From contig NW_025215346.1 in the NCBI RefSeq assembly GCF_004010195.1, positions 18,636-82,635 of the forward strand: 64,000 nucleotides of DNA. The letters run 5' to 3'. The position numbers and the translations under genes are program-made. The notes under the pieces were generated by a model. The model ran no database searches, was not told the DNA's origin, and worked only from the letters and a program-made list of their open reading frames with translations. Within the stretch, counting starts at the first letter, position 1; each line of letters opens with the position of its first letter. Below are positions 1 through 12,915 of the stretch, piece after piece. This stretch comes from Chiloscyllium plagiosum (Eukaryota).

Positions 1-1400
1 GGGTCTGAGGGCGGAGGTGTGGGATGTGGACGAAATGCGTTGGAGGGCATCTTTGACCACGTGGGAAGGGAAATTGCGGTCTCGAGAGAAGGAGGCCATC
101 TGGTGTGTTCTATGGTGGAACTGGTCCTCCTGGGAGCAGATACGGCGGAGGCGGAGGAATTGGGAATACGGGATGGCATTTTTGCAAGAGATAGGGTGGG
201 AAGAGGTGTCATCCAGGTAGCTGTGGGAGTCGGTGGGTTTGTAAAAAATGTCGGTATCAAGTCGGTCGTCATTAATGGAGATGGAGAGTTCCAGGAAGGG
301 GAGGGAGGTGTCAGAGATGGTCCAGGTAAATTTAAGGTCAGGGTGGAATGTGTTGGTGAAGTTGATGAATTGCTCAACCTCCTCGTGGGAGCACAAGGTG
401 GCGCCAATGCAGTCCTCAATGTAGCAGAGGAAGAGGTGGGGAGTGGTGCCGGTGTAATTACGGAAGATCAACTGTTCTACGTAGCCAACAAAGAGACCCA
501 TACGTGTGCCATAGCTGGGGCCCATACGTGTGCCCATGGCTACCCCTTTGGTCTGGAGGAAGTGGGAGGATTCAAAGGAGAAATTGTTAAGGGTGAGGAC
601 CAGTTCGGCCAAACGAATGTGAGTGTCGGTGGAAGGGTACTATTGGGGACGTCTGGAGCGGAAAAAACGGAGGGCTTGGAGGCCCTGGTCATGGCGGATG
701 GAGGTGTAGAGGGATTGGATATCCGTGGTGAAGATGAGGCATTGGGGGCCGGGGAAACGGAAGTCTTGGAGGAGGTGGAGGGCGTGGGTGGTGTCTCGAA
801 CGTATGTGGGGATAGTGACAGTGGGGTCTGTGGGGGGCGTGTCAGCAGAATACAGGTGAGTGGCGCTGGTGGGGTCGGAAGTGGTGGCAGACACGGCAGT
901 AGGGGTGGCGGAAGTCACTGAGCGTGTGGCATCGGCAATGATGTGAGGGCCGGAAGTGGCTGTGGGAGTGGCCATGATGGGGGCAGAAGTGACATCATCA
1001 ATCAGAGTGGGTGTGGTAGCTGCATCAGCCGCATGGCTAATGGCGTTTCCGAGGCCAGGGGAATCTTCTGGAATGTTTGAGGAGTGCTGGTTATGGAGGT
1101 GGGTGGATAAAAGTTTGTTGTACTTACAGTTTTTGATGAAATACTGTTTGTTGAGAGTATGAATTCTCCTGAGGATGTAGTACAGAGTGGGTCCTTTGCA
1201 ATTCTGAGAGAGTGTGGCCCTCAGCTGAGGCAGGGCAGACTGTAGAGAGGTTAGGTGCCGGCGCATTGCTGCAAGCGTGGAGCGGAGGATCTTGAAGGAG
1301 AACTGTTGCTGGTGTTTTTGAATCTGTAGTCTGTACTGTTTGTTCTGTTCGGGTCCGAACTCTGCTGGTTTAAAGGTGGTTCGGAGTATACCAGGCAGGT
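1..1400 (-). mobile_element. Penelope-like retroelement (Neptune-like, family A) ORF remnant: N-terminus fused to partial reverse transcriptase; runs off the window edge
   Basis: Minus strand reads IPTYVRDTTHALHLLQDFRFPGPQCLIFTTDIQSLYTSI, then past an in-frame TAG at ~640 LNNFSFESSHFLQTKGVAMGTRMGPSY and YIED (YIDD-like, ~409-423), then RLRRICS. These are PLE RT motifs. Confidence 0.9.
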
Positions 1401-1510
1401 CAGACCACTGACACCATATTGAAGACACACAGATGATGTTACCTAGTGAGGTGACAGAACATCTGCAGAAAACCACACCAGCTTGACAGACAAATCTACA
1501 ACCTCAACAA
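1400..1510 (+). mobile_element. Decayed PLE terminal repeat (family B-like) with degenerate HHR
   Basis: cagatgatgttacctagtgaggtgacagaacatctgca resembles the family B HHR at 9125-9164. Confidence 0.5.
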
Positions 1511-1574
1511 TGGATTCTACAGTGAAATTCCAGATATGACTCAGAGGGGAGAGGGACGAGCCCATGAAATGAAA

Positions 1575-1705
1575 TGTAATAAACAATTTTGGGCCTTGTA
1601 GCTAAGGAAAGAAAGACTGGCTTTGGAGGCACAGTCCAGAAAAAGTTCACCAGGTTGATTCTGTGTTTGGAGGTTTTCTTTCATGAGGACAGGTTGAGTA
1701 CGTCA
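1575..1705 (+). mobile_element. Degenerate CR1 LINE ORF2 fragment
   Basis: Decayed QFW-P-RK-LE-VQ-KFTRL-like segment matching other CR1 copies in the window. Confidence 0.55.
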
Positions 1706-1847
1706 GACTTGTTGTATTGCTGATTAGTTGTATAAATGGTAAAATACTGAATAAATTAACTTAAATTGTAACAGCTTCCAAGGTTTATCTTTCCCTCTCC
1801 GTGGCGTTCACCCTCTCTGCTCCTCCAGACAGAGAAATCCACACAGA

Positions 1848-1928
1848 ACAGAATCCTACAGTGTGGAGGCAGGCCATTCAGCCCATCAAGTCCACACTGA
1901 CCCTCCAAAGAGCATCCTACCCCATCCC
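1848..1928 (-). mobile_element. HE1 SINE 3' fragment
   Basis: cctacagtgtggaggcaggccattcagcccatcaagtccacactgaccctc is the reverse complement of the HE1 3' tail. Confidence 0.75.
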
Positions 1929-2257
1929 TGGTGCCATTGCGTCAGTCATCCTCCTCCGATGCTGGACACCGACCGGTCGGGTCCTCTCCTAGATAGAGTG
2001 GGGCTGGAAATACACAGGGCTCCAGCAAAAGGACATCAGGAGGACACCCCAGGGCACCCAAAGCCAAAACAAAAACCGAGCTACCATGTTTAAGGAAGTA
2101 CGTTCTGCAAATTCACCCAATACCTGTTCGCCCTTACAGAACAGATGGTTCAGGTTTGTATCTGCTCTGTGCAGAACTCTCCTCCTCCTGAATAAGCAAA
2201 GAATGAAGCAGGATTTGCACTTCCAATTACTACCCGTAACAGCCTGTACATGAATAA

Positions 2258-2436
2258 AAAGAGAAAGTGCTAGAGAAACTCAGCAGATCTGGCAGCATTT
2301 GTGGAGAGAGAAACTGAGTTCCTGTTTCAGCTCCAGTATAACTCTTCTTTTGAAGATTTCCTGTTCCCAACAACAGTCATGTTGCAGTTGAGACATTTAC
2401 TCTCTTTCTCCCTGCACAGATGCTGCCAGATCTGCA
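2258..2436. mobile_element. Old fold-back PLE terminal-repeat remnant (family D) with decayed HHR
   Basis: Inverted arms cagatctggcagcatttgtg and cacagatgctgccagatctg; decayed GAAA...GAAGA core at ~2322-2352. Confidence 0.55.
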
Positions 2437-2442
2437 GATCAG

Positions 2443-2772
2443 GTTAGAGTCCCTACAGTGTGGGGGCAAGCCATTCAGCCCACACTGACCTTCCGAAGAG
2501 TATCCCACACCAACCCTGTCCTGTAACCCCCCATTTCCCATAGTAAATCCATCTACCTTGCACGTCCCTCCTGGACACTACAGTCAATTTAGCATGGCTA
2601 AGCCACCTAACCTGCACATCTTTGGACTGTGGGAGGAAACTGGAGCACCCGGAGGAAACCCACACAGACATGGGAAGAATGTGCAAACTCCACACAGTCA
2701 GTTGCCCGAGGCTGGAATCGAACCTCTGGTCCCCTGCGGTGTGAGGCAGCAGGGCTGACTACTGAGCAACCC
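2443..2772 (-). mobile_element. HE1 SINE (tRNA-derived V-SINE)
   Basis: tRNA-like head with B box ggttcgattcc on minus, central V-domain (tgtgtggagtttgcacattc), CR1-shared tail. Confidence 0.9.
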
Positions 2773-3414
2773 CAAATTAATTCAAATCTCCAACATCTGC
2801 ACTATCTCGCTTTTGTTAGCCTTACTAGAAAGTGAGAGGATGAAATTATTGATTTCCAGAAGCTCAGTGGATATCCTGTAATAGTTGACTCGGTGACAAA
2901 CTCTGATTTGTTTGAGAATTGAAACAGATATCTGTGGAACTGAACTACAGAAGAAATCAGTGTATTTAAGAGAATTAAGGAAAAATGCAAAAGTGAAGTA
3001 AAAAATTACTTAAATTAGAATTACATTAAGTCTCACGGAACTGAAAACATGTTCCACATATCTGAGCCGCAGAATGAAAGGCAATTTTACACTGGGGACT
3101 AACTATAATATAACATTGGTAAGGTTGAGACCTATGAGTAAAAATAACCAGAAACCTTTCTCATCCTTTCGAAAGGCAAAATATCTAAAATCAGAATTGA
3201 ACAATACATTGGAAAACTGCTGTACTGAAAATAAAGGCATTTGCCCACTGGATTTCAGCATCATGATTGGAGATGGTGTGAGGTATAGGAGCATCTAAGA
3301 TTGAGAGAGAAAACACAGGAGCAGTAAAACAGGAAGCATGTACACATAATCAAAGTGTTCACAATAAGATGTAAAACCAGTAAACAGAGGAGAAAGCGAG
3401 GAAGCATCAAGAGA

Positions 3415-3800
3415 GAATTTGCATTTGAAATGTTTGCCTTGTCACCAAGAATGTCTTAAAGCATTTCCCAGACAATTGGTAACTTTCGAATTGTCACTGT
3501 TATTGGGACAAATACTGCCAATTTGTATACTCAGCAGGCTGCCACACTCAGCAGCTGAGTTCAGAGATACTCTTTCGTTTCAATAATAAATTTTTCAGGA
3601 TGAATGCTGATTAGGAACAAACCACACGCCTTGTATACACAGTGGCGTTGAATTCTCAGCATTCACCTGGAGAGACAGGCAGAGCTTCAATTTAAGGTCT
3701 CATTCAGAAAAAGACAGCTCTCACTATCTCAATACCACCCTCAAGAGCCAGTCCAGATTGACCACACAGGTATAAAGGTGAAGATTTAAAACTCGATCCT
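3415..3800 (-). mobile_element. Highly decayed Deu-domain-like SINE (SacSINE1/AmnSINE1 type)
   Basis: ttcacctggagagacaggcagagcttcaatttaaggtctcattcagaaaaagacagc resembles the reverse of the Deu core as I recall it; tail ttgcattt at ~3419. Confidence 0.5.
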
Positions 3801-3821
3801 TTGCAAAGCAGGAAGCATCTT

Positions 3822-4412
3822 AGAATTGTAGAGTTGTAGAGCAGGACAACAGACCCTTTGGTCCAACTCCTCCATGCCACCCAGGTTTCCTAAATTAACC
3901 TAGTCCCATTTGCCCATATCCCTTTAAACCCTGCCTATTCATAAACCGATCCAGATGCCTTTTAAATGTTGTAATTGTCCCAGCCACCACCACATCATCC
4001 TCTGGCAGCTTATCACCACCCTCTGTATGAAAATGTTGCACCTTTGGTCCCTTTTAAATCTTTCCCCACTCACGTTAAGCCTATGCCCTCTGGTTTTGGA
4101 CTCTCCTACCCTAACTAGGGTGAAAAAGACTTCACCCTAGTTATGCCCTTCCATATAATTTTATTTTTTATAAACCTCTATAAGGTCACCACTCAGCTTC
4201 TGATGCTCCAGGGAAAATAGCTCCATCCTATTCAGCCTCTCCCTATAACTCAAACCCTCCAACCTTGGCAACATCCTTGTAAATCTTTTCTGCATGCTTT
4301 CAAGTTTCACAACATCCTTCCTATAGCAGGGAGACCAGAATTGAAAGCAGTGTTCCGAAAGTGGCCTAACCAATGTCCTGGACAGCCACAGCATGACCTC
4401 CCAACTCCAACT
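3822..4412 (-). mobile_element. CR1/HER1-type LINE 3' fragment
   Basis: ORF RTLVRPLSEHCFQFWSPCYRKDVVKLESMQKRFTRMLP...GDLIEVYK plus 3' UTR and short tail repeats. Confidence 0.9.
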
Positions 4413-4776
4413 GAATGTCAGGATCACAAAGAGCACTTTTAATCTCTGCAGGAAGTGGTCAGCATTTCCGAGCAGCAGATATCATCAGAAACCTGGGAGA
4501 ATTGAATTGCTGTCTGCATGCTCCTCACCTGGAAATGGTTGGAAAGAAATAGGGTTGCAGGGAGAGATGGCAGATGGGGCAGAAAATGCCCATTTCCTTC
4601 TGGCAAGGTCCAGAAAAAGAACGTGCTGTGTGGTTCTGGTAGCTGGGGAGGATGGGGATGTGGCAATGGTCTCGGATTTCCACTGCAACTCCAGGCATAA
4701 AGTCCTTTCCCTCTGAAGGGAGGGACATTGAAGTTTGAAAGGCCATGCTGCCTCCCCAACATCTCACAGTACCACA

Positions 4777-5078
4777 GATCCCTACAGTGTGGAAGCAGGT
4801 CACTTGGCCCATCGAGTCTGCACCGAATCTGTGAAGAGCATTCCACATAGACCCACACCCTCCCTACCCTGTCACGGCATTACCCATGGCTAACCCTTCC
4901 AGCCTGCACATCCCTGAACACCATGGAGTAACTTAGCATGGTCAATCTACCCTAACCTGCACATCATTGGACTGTGTTAGGAGACCGGAGCACCCAGAGG
5001 AAACCCACGCAGACACAGGAAGAATGTGCAAACTCCACACAGACAGTCACCCGAGGGTGGAGTCAAACTCGGCTCCCT
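4777..5078 (-). mobile_element. HE1 SINE (5'-truncated)
   Basis: V-domain gaatgtgcaaactccacacagacagtcacccgagg and HE1 tail. Confidence 0.85.
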
Positions 5079-6134
5079 GCTCACCCCCACCCCCCTCCGG
5101 TTCTTATCAGGAGCTGATTAAAATACCATTGTATCCTCATGTATATTAGGGAACCCCAAATTGCATTTATTAATAAGGAAGTTTAATTGGCGTAATACCT
5201 GCCCCAGAAACTAGTTGTGTTAAAATGGGTGAGCAGCAGGAAGGAGAGTGGGAAGTGGAAGTGTATATTCCATACCATTCCCAATGGAATGACATACTTC
5301 CACTGTGAAAGATCCAGCTTTTCCCATTTATTCCAGAGATGTACAAACTGAGAAAAAAAGTCACTAGACATTTAGAACCGCGTCTATCAATGTGAATAAT
5401 AAATACAAAATACAGAATGCCATCAGCTGAATATTTTGAGTCCAGCCTCCATGCAGCCATTCCAAGGTTTTGATGATCTCTTGTTGACTATTTTAACATC
5501 CTAGTCATTAGTCTTGGCCTCGATTCAGACGCACCGATCATTTTTATGTTGTCTCAGTTTCCCAGCAAGAATCCTACACCTGTAAGTCCATGCCGAAACT
5601 CAGTCACATAACGCTCTTGTGCAATGCTTTACTCATTGGAAACCAACTCCAAAAAGAATACACAACACCTTGAAAGAAAAACAAAGGATCACAGCTGCCA
5701 ACGAGTAAGCGCTTAGCTTGTTCCTTCTGGAGGTGTCAATAATGCAGCTGGTGGTGACAAAGAGCAGCAGCTTTAACCTTTGTTAAATTTGAAAGGAACT
5801 TGAAGAAATGGGATGTCCAATGTTTGATATGGGCATAAAGAACTCAATGGATGGAGATTGATCAGTGTCGGATCAGTCAGTTTTGTATGTTTCAGGCAAA
5901 TAGCCACAAAATAGCCACAAAAAAGTAAACAAGAAAATCTCAAAGCATCTTGTAAATGCCAGGCTCATAAATCATTTCTTGAACATAGTGTAGCAACAGG
6001 ATAGAAGCCGGTAGAACTGTAACAGGAAACAAAACATGCTGGAAATCACTAGCATTTTTTCGACTCCAGTATTTGCAGTAATTAGCTCCTACCTAGAACC
6101 AACCTTACTCTGTTATTGCTTCACCTATGCTTCA

Positions 6135-7075
6135 CAGAGTCATAGAGATTCTGGATTAGTGGTGCTGGAAAAGCACAGCAGTTCAGGCAGTAAAATCGAG
6201 GTTTCGGTCAAAAGCCCTTCATCAAGAATACATAGAGATGTACAGGACAGAAACAGATCCTTCCATCCAACTCATCCATGCCGACCAATATCCTAAATTT
6301 ATCTCGTCCCACTTGCCAGCACCCGACCCATATCCCTCTAAACTCTTCCCATTCATAAACCCATCCAGATGCCTTTTAAATGCTGTAATTGCACCAGCCT
6401 CCACCACTTCCTCTAGCAGCTCATTCCATACACTTACCACCCTCTGTGTGAGAAAGTTGGCCATCAGGTCCCTTTTATATCTTTCCCCTCTCACCCTAAA
6501 CCTACGGCCTCTGGTTCTGGACTCTCCAACCCTGGGAAAAGACCTTGTCTATTTACCCTATCCTTGCCCCTCATGATTTTATAAACCACCAAAAAGCCAC
6601 CCCTCAGCCTCCGATGCTCCAGGGAAAACAGCCCCAGCCTATTCAGCCTCTCCTTATAGCTCAAACTCTCCAAACCTGGCAACATCTTTCTAAAATCTTT
6701 TTAAGTTTAACAACATCTTCCCTCTATCTGGGAGACCAGAATTGCACACAATATTCCAAAAGCGGCCGAATCAATGTCCTGTACAGCCGTAATATGACCG
6801 CCTGACTCATATACTCAATGCGCTGACCAATGAAGGCAAGTGTACCAATACTTTCTTCACTACTCTGTCTACCTGTAACTCTACCTTCAAGGAACTGTGA
6901 ACTTGCACTCCGACATCTTTTTGTTTGGCAACACTCCAGAGGGCCTTACCATTAACTATATAAATCCTGCTCTGGTTTGCCTTACCGAAATGCAACTCCT
7001 CACATTTATCTAAATTAAACTCCATCTGCCACTCCGCAGCCCATCAGCCCATCTGATCAAGATACCGTTATACTT
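6135..7075 (-). mobile_element. CR1/HER1-type LINE 3' fragment with a PLE insert in its tail
   Basis: MEFNLDKC, KERLNRLGLFSLEHRRLRG, WNELLEEVVEAG...FKRHLD motifs; ctatgact tail. Confidence 0.92.
6150..6230 (-). mobile_element. Short PLE family A terminal-repeat insertion with decayed HHR
   Basis: TSD catagagat at 6141-6149 and 6231-6239; minus strand reads ttgatgaagggcttttgaccgaaac. Confidence 0.75.
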
Positions 7076-8595
7076 CATGTTCTCCTTGTTTAAGAGCCAT
7101 ACATTACTAATAGCATTCCATGGAAACATCTGAAACATTTTGGGGCAGCTTTTTGGGAGTGGGGTCCATTAGTTAGGTTGATCCAAGCACAATAAATCCT
7201 AAAAGAGAATCGTGCATAGAGTTATTAGAATCATCAGCTGATAGAGGCACAATGAATGCTGTTCCAACCTCAGGGAATGAACCAAGTGGAGAAATTCTGT
7301 CACCGATTAGATTAAAGAATTGAGAAATGCAAAGGAGGGTGAATTAGAGTAAGGTTTATTTCAATGTCAAACTGGAAACAGATTGGTCAGGGAGGAAGAA
7401 GAGCAAGGATGTCAGAAGAAGGTAAAATTGAAAATCATGGCAGGCAGGTCACAGGTCAGAGTTCAGGACCATGAGGTCAGACAGTCAGACTCTCAGGGGG
7501 ACAGAGACCCAGAGGAACAATGTTCAGGATGGTGATTTACAAGTAAATATAGGATTAATTAATATTATGGTGAATGCATCTGTGGGTAGCTGTGACCATA
7601 AAAGTGTTGCATGGATTTCCTGCAGGGGAGGTATTGAGAAAGGTTAAAGAGATCCTTTCTTTCATAGATTCTTTTCTTAAAGGGAACCACATAAATCAAG
7701 AAAGGGTGAATTTTTGAGTTACCAAACATGAGAAAAGACAAAAAGATGAATCACATATACAGATTAGAAATGTGAATTAAGTAAAACAACAATAGCTAAA
7801 AATCTCTACAGATTAATTTTGGGTTTCCCAAAGAGTAGGTGGGGGAATTATTGGGGCTATTAAGTTCAGTGGTACAAGTAACAGTGAAGGTGGTAGTGGA
7901 GAAGTTGATTTTGACATTCTTGGTTCTGCAATTTAGCTGACAGATTTTTGTCCAGTTTTCCTCTCTATGGTGTTGCACTTGTTGACTGGCTTCTGTAATT
8001 AGAGTGAGTCAGACTATTTCATTACTTGTAGTGCAGGGCTGTCAAATACTCTACTCAATCAGTAACCTTCACAGCATATTAGTCTACATTAGCATATCAG
8101 GCCATGCATACAGGAAAATCAAGAGTTTTAGTTGGTTTTAACCCCTCTTCTGTATATTTCTGAAACATTTCTGCAGTTTGAAACAAAATTAACAGAAGAT
8201 GGTTTCTCATGAGAGCTATTCAGTCCCTTTTATTTCTCTACCCACAGGAGATCATGGTCCATTCATTTTGAATTGCATCTCTCCCTTTAATGAGGTGCTA
8301 CTTGAAGTTCTTTTGGTACCTTTTGGTGTGACATTCCATGGTTCTGTCAGAGCTTTTCCAAACAGCCAGTGAAATTTACAAACATTGCCATTTCTTTGCT
8401 GAATGCCCTCTTTAAGAAAAACGCATAGATTGTGATTAGATGTTCAATATGTCTGTAAGTAATCCAGATTAATAATTCAAACAAGAGATAGTTAGCACCA
8501 TCCTCATTTTCTGTGTGGGTCTGCAGGCGTTGCCACTGAGATGGGGGGCCTTAGCTTTAACAAGGGATAGTTTATTGGATGATAGCAATCAGATA

Positions 8596-8885
8596 GGGAG
8601 GTGATGGCTTGGTGGCATTATTGCTGGGCTTGTTGATGCAAAGATCTAAGTAATGTTCTGGGGACCCAGGTTCAAGATCCAGCAAGGTAGAATTTGAATT
8701 CAATTTGTAAAAAGTAAAACCCATCTGGTTCACTAATGTCCTTTCAGGAGGGAAACTGTCAACCTTACCTGGTCTGGCCCACATGTGACTCTAGACCGTC
8801 AGCGATGTGCCCTGTGGACAGTCAGGGATGGGCAATTAATGCTGGGCCAGCCAGTGATGCCCTGATCCCATGAATGAATCAGGAA
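8596..8885 (+). mobile_element. tRNA-derived SINE, second family (core ctggttcactaatgtccttt...)
   Basis: B-box-like ggttcaagatcc; same core and tail gggatgggcaa..aatgctgg as copies at 33745 and 49910. Confidence 0.8.
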
Positions 8886-8937
8886 AGGTGCAATTTACAC
8901 TCGTAAGTTACACATTATGACTACTGGGAGATTGAGG

Positions 8938-9240
8938 AGAACAGCCAGGGAATTCCTAGAGGCATGGCACTCATCCACTGATTCAATCAACAAGCACATC
9001 GACCTGGACTCAATATACCGGCCACTGCAGCTGACAGCTGGAACTGACAACCATAAGCAGCAGATTCAAACCACTACAAATGCCGGAGGAAAGATCACAG
9101 AAGCACTTCACAGGAGGCTCCCAAGCACTGAGGATGTCACCTAGACAGGGGACGAAACGTCTGCAACACAAATTCCCAACTCGGCGAACAGAACCACAAC
9201 AACGAGCACCCGAGCTACAAATCTTCTCCCAAACTTTGAA
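8938..9240 (+). mobile_element. PLE family B (Penelope/Poseidon-like) 3' end: GIY-YIG C-terminus, HHR, tail
   Basis: RTAREFLEAWHSSTDSINKHIDLD; near-identical to segments of 22102-23243. Confidence 0.88.
9125..9164 (+). ncRNA. Minimal type I hammerhead ribozyme (family B)
   Basis: gca-CTGAGGA-t-gtc(a)cct[agac]agg(g)gac-GAA-ACGT-C^-tgc; stem I gca/tgc, GUC site. Confidence 0.75.
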
Positions 9241-10109
9241 TTTAAGAGTGTGCTGGAGGAAAAATAAATTGATAATTATCTGAAGAAACAAAACCGTTTC
9301 CAGGACAATGGGGAAGAAAGCAGAAGAACAGAGCTCAGTGCAGAGAGCCTGCAGAGACACTATGGGCTGAATGGCCTCCATTTGTCCTGCATTAATCTAT
9401 AGTTAAGAGCCCAACAGGAAGGAGTGCTGGATTAAACCATGAGTGCTTCCTAACATCTTACTCATTATGTCTAATCAAGCTGTACCCAAAGGAGAATTGG
9501 CACTTAACAGTCGAAGGGAACAGAAAATGAAATTGAACAGTGCAAATGAGGCTGATTTACATTTGCAAAACATGCAGGTGATGAAATATTCATTTGATAG
9601 ACGTAGAAAATATGAGAGCAATAACGTTTTGCTGCGGCATCTGTGAAGCTGACAAGTTGATGTGGACTACAACAGAAACCGCAGAGAGTTATTAAGTCAG
9701 TCCATGGGGTTGGAGAGAATGCAACCCCAGATGGTGAACTCAAATTCATAATCTCAAAGGGCATCTTTTCATAAACAAGGAAATATGAGTCTAGTCTATG
9801 CTACTGAACATTGACCCTTTTGCCCAAATATGAGATGAATATGCACTGCACCCTCTTCAAAGCCAATATAGCCTCACTGAGCTGCAGTGTGTCAAACTAA
9901 ACACAGTATTCCACAATGTTCTTCGGTGTGTGTTTGAGGGTGCCTTACTTTTTCCTTCAATTGTTACAGTTCAGTAGCAGTGACACACTCCAAAGCAAAA
10001 CTTTCACCACATTCTCCATGTTAAGTGAGCTACCCACACAGCGGATTTGACAACAAATTTTCACCAATAAACCCAGAACAACAACAAAAAAAACAACATA
10101 CAAAGCAAG

Positions 10110-10233
10110 AAAATCCCAAAAGAACTGTGGGTGCTGGAAATCTGAAACAAAAACAGAAATTGCTGGAAAAACTCAGCATCTGTGGAGAGAAGTCAGGGTT
10201 AATGTTTTGGGCCCAGTGACCCTTCCTCAGAAC
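10110..10233 (-). mobile_element. PLE terminal-repeat remnant with decayed HHR
   Basis: Minus strand CTGAGGA-a-gggtc[actg]ggccc-AAAA-catt; upstream matches the gctggaaaaactcagc arm seen elsewhere. Confidence 0.6.
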
Positions 10234-10557
10234 ATACTAAACAATGTGGAGAGCAATCTTGGGGTTTGTAGAAATTCAGGACAAAATGTTCTATCTTTAA
10301 ATTCTAGCACTGAGATAAAGGCCAACATTTCATTAATCTATGTCTTTTGTTTGGATCATTCCTCTACCTTTTAGGAATTTCTGTCCTTGTCTCCTGTACC
10401 TCTCTGCTCCTTTCAGTTTCTTGCTTCTAAACATTTAGATGTAACTTCTTTCTACCTTTCTTATATTCAAGAAACTTTACCACATTCTTCAAACAGCATC
10501 TGCCCTTGTTTTAACCACTTACTTGGGTTAATGCCTCTGACCCCACCGTCTTCCATT

Positions 10558-10833
10558 TAGAGTCATAGAGTCATAGGGATGTCTAGCACGGAAACAGACC
10601 CTCCAGTCCAACTGATCCATGCCAACCAGGTATCCCAACCCAATCTGGGTCCACCTGCCAGCAACTGGCCCATATCCCACCAAACCCTTCCTATTCATAT
10701 ACCCATCCAGATGCCTTTTAAATGTTGCAATCATACCAGCCTCCACCACTTCCTCTGGCAGCTCATTCCATACATGGACCTCCCTCTGCATGAAAATGTT
10801 GCCCCTCAGGTCTCTTTTACATCTTTTCCCTCT
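10558..10833 (-). mobile_element. CR1 LINE 3' end
   Basis: WNELPEEVVEAGMIATFKRHLDGYMNRKG; (agagtcat)n tail. Confidence 0.9.
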
Positions 10834-11047
10834 GATTGTATCAGACAATGCCAGTAAATCTGGAGATAGGATTTCATATTCTTTTCAGGAATGGAAGTAG
10901 GACTCATAGATTTTGTACTTAGACGAATGAATCCTACCTGACTGATACGTAGCCCTGTATGATAGAATTAGCAAGGTCACGTGTTTTAAGAGGTTTGACA
11001 TATCACTATTCAAAATACATTGCATTGAGTCAGTGCATTGAGTATGG

Positions 11048-11612
11048 GAGTGTTGCTGAACAAAGAGAGGAGCCACCAGTAGACAGGATAGTGAAGAGGT
11101 CTTTTGGTATGCTTGCCTTTATTGGTCAGTGCACTGAGTATAGGAATTGGGAGGTCATGCTGCAGCTGTTAGGCCACTTTTACAATACAACGTTCAGTTC
11201 TGATCTCCCTGTTTTAGGAAGGATGTTATTAAATTTGAAGGATTTCATAAAAGCTTTGCAAGAGCATTGTCAGGGGTGTAAGGTTTCAGATAAATGGGGA
11301 GGGGCTGGGGCTATTTTCCCTGGAGCTTTGGAGATTGAGCGGCCTTATAGAGGTTTATAAAATCATGAGGGACATGGATAGGGTGAACAGCCAAGGTGAG
11401 TTTTCCAGGGTAGGGCAGTGCAAAACTAGAGGGCATAAGTTTAAAGTGACAGGGGAAAGATTGAGAAAAGGACCTGAAGGGCAACTTTTTTCACATAGAT
11501 GCTGGTGCATTTATGGAATGAGCTGCCAGAGGAAGTGGTAGAGGCTAGTACAGTTACAACATTTAAAAGGCATCTGGATGGACATATGAACAGGAAGGGT
11601 TGAGAGGGCTAA
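11048..11612 (+). mobile_element. CR1 LINE ORF2 3' fragment
   Basis: VDRIVKRSFGMLAFIGQCTEYRNWEVMLQL; LIEVYKIMR. Confidence 0.88.
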
Positions 11613-11614
11613 GA

Positions 11615-12170
11615 GCCCTATAGCACGGAGACAGGTCTTTCAGCCCAAACTGGTCCATGCTGACCAAATATCCATCCATGCCAACCACACTTCTCTGCAC
11701 TTGGTCCATATCCTTTTAATTTCTGATGAAGGGCTTTGGCCCGAAACGTTGACTCTCCTGCTCCTCGGATGCTGCCCGATCACACTCTCAACTCTAATCT
11801 CCAGCATCTGCAGTCCTCACTTTAGCCATATCCTTTTAAAGCTTTCCTATCCATGCAGTTGTCCGAATGCCTTTTAAATGTTAATGTACTCACTTCAACC
11901 ACTTCCGCTGGCAGCTCATTTCATGTGCGTACCACCCTCTGTGTAAAAAGTTGCCCGTCAGGATACCTTTTATTCTTTCCCCTCTAACCTTAAACTGATC
12001 TCCTCTAGTCCTTGATTCTCCATACCTGGGAAAAAGATCGAGTGCATTCACCCTATCCATACCTCTCATGATCTTATACACTTCTGTAAGATCTCCCTTC
12101 AGTCTCAAAAGAGAAAAAACCCTCCCTATTACTCAGACCCTTGAGTCCTGGCAACATCCTTGTAAATTGT
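11615..12170 (-). mobile_element. CR1 LINE 3' fragment interrupted by a PLE insert
   Basis: RLKGDLTEVYKIMRGMDRV...ESRTRG. Confidence 0.88.
11720..11825 (+). mobile_element. 106-bp PLE family A insertion with HHR core
   Basis: 14-bp TSD ccatatccttttaa at 11706-11719 and 11826-11839; CTGATGA-a-gggc[tttg]gccc-GAAACGTT at 11723-11750. Confidence 0.85.
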
Positions 12171-12276
12171 AAATAACTTAAATCTGTGTTGGCTTTCCTG
12201 AATTAATACGTATTTATTTATGTCCAATGTGCATGTCAATAATTAGCTTCTTCTTTTTCCAGCCCAATCTTAAAAA

Positions 12277-12565
12277 GATTAGATTACATTCCCTACAGCA
12301 TGGAAACAGGCCCTTTGGCCCAACAAGTCCACACTGACCCTCTGAAGAGCAACCCACCCAGACCAATTCCCTAATGTTTACCCCTGACTGAGGCACCTAA
12401 CACTATGGGCAATTGAGTATGGCCAATTCACCTGACCTGCACATCTTTGGACTGTAGGAGGAAACCCGCACAGACACGGGGAGAACGTGCAAACTCCACA
12501 CAGACGGTTGCCCAAGGTGGGAATTGAACCCAGGTCCGTGTTGCTATGAGCCACCTTGCCACCCG
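12277..12565 (-). mobile_element. HE1 SINE
   Basis: (gatta)n tail, V-domain, tRNA head with an internal deletion. Confidence 0.9.
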
Positions 12566-12589
12566 TATCAAAGTAAAGAAGAAAAGAGG

Positions 12590-12915
12590 TGCATAAGATT
12601 CTGAGGGGTATGCACAGAGTGAATAGAAAGCAGCTTGGTTTAGGGGTGACTCATGAGGGAGCATAGTTTCGACTAAGGGGCAGGAAATTCAGAAATGATT
12701 TGGGAAAGAAACATCTTCACTCAGTGGGTCGGGAGTATCTGGAATGCCCTGTTTAGGTAGGGGAGGCTTAAAACCTTCCAACCTTTAAAAAAAATTTGGA
12801 AGTACACTTCAAACATTCAAGGATATGGGGCAAGTGCAGGAAAAAGAAATTAGAGCACTTTTATCGGTAGCTCTGTCAGTGCAGACTTGATGGTCCGAAT
12901 GGCACTGTATGAATC
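12590..12915 (+). mobile_element. Degenerate CR1 3' fragment
   Basis: Decayed YKILRG...TRGH-like and FTQ-W-L-like segments. Confidence 0.5.

Noticed and set aside
19..921. 300-aa Gly/Val-rich plus-strand ORF
   Set aside because: Antisense shadow of the minus-strand PLE RT
8226..8372. Acceptor-like ccttttatttctctacccacag followed by a ~40-codon open frame
   Set aside because: No recognisable protein or convincing donor; such sites arise by chance
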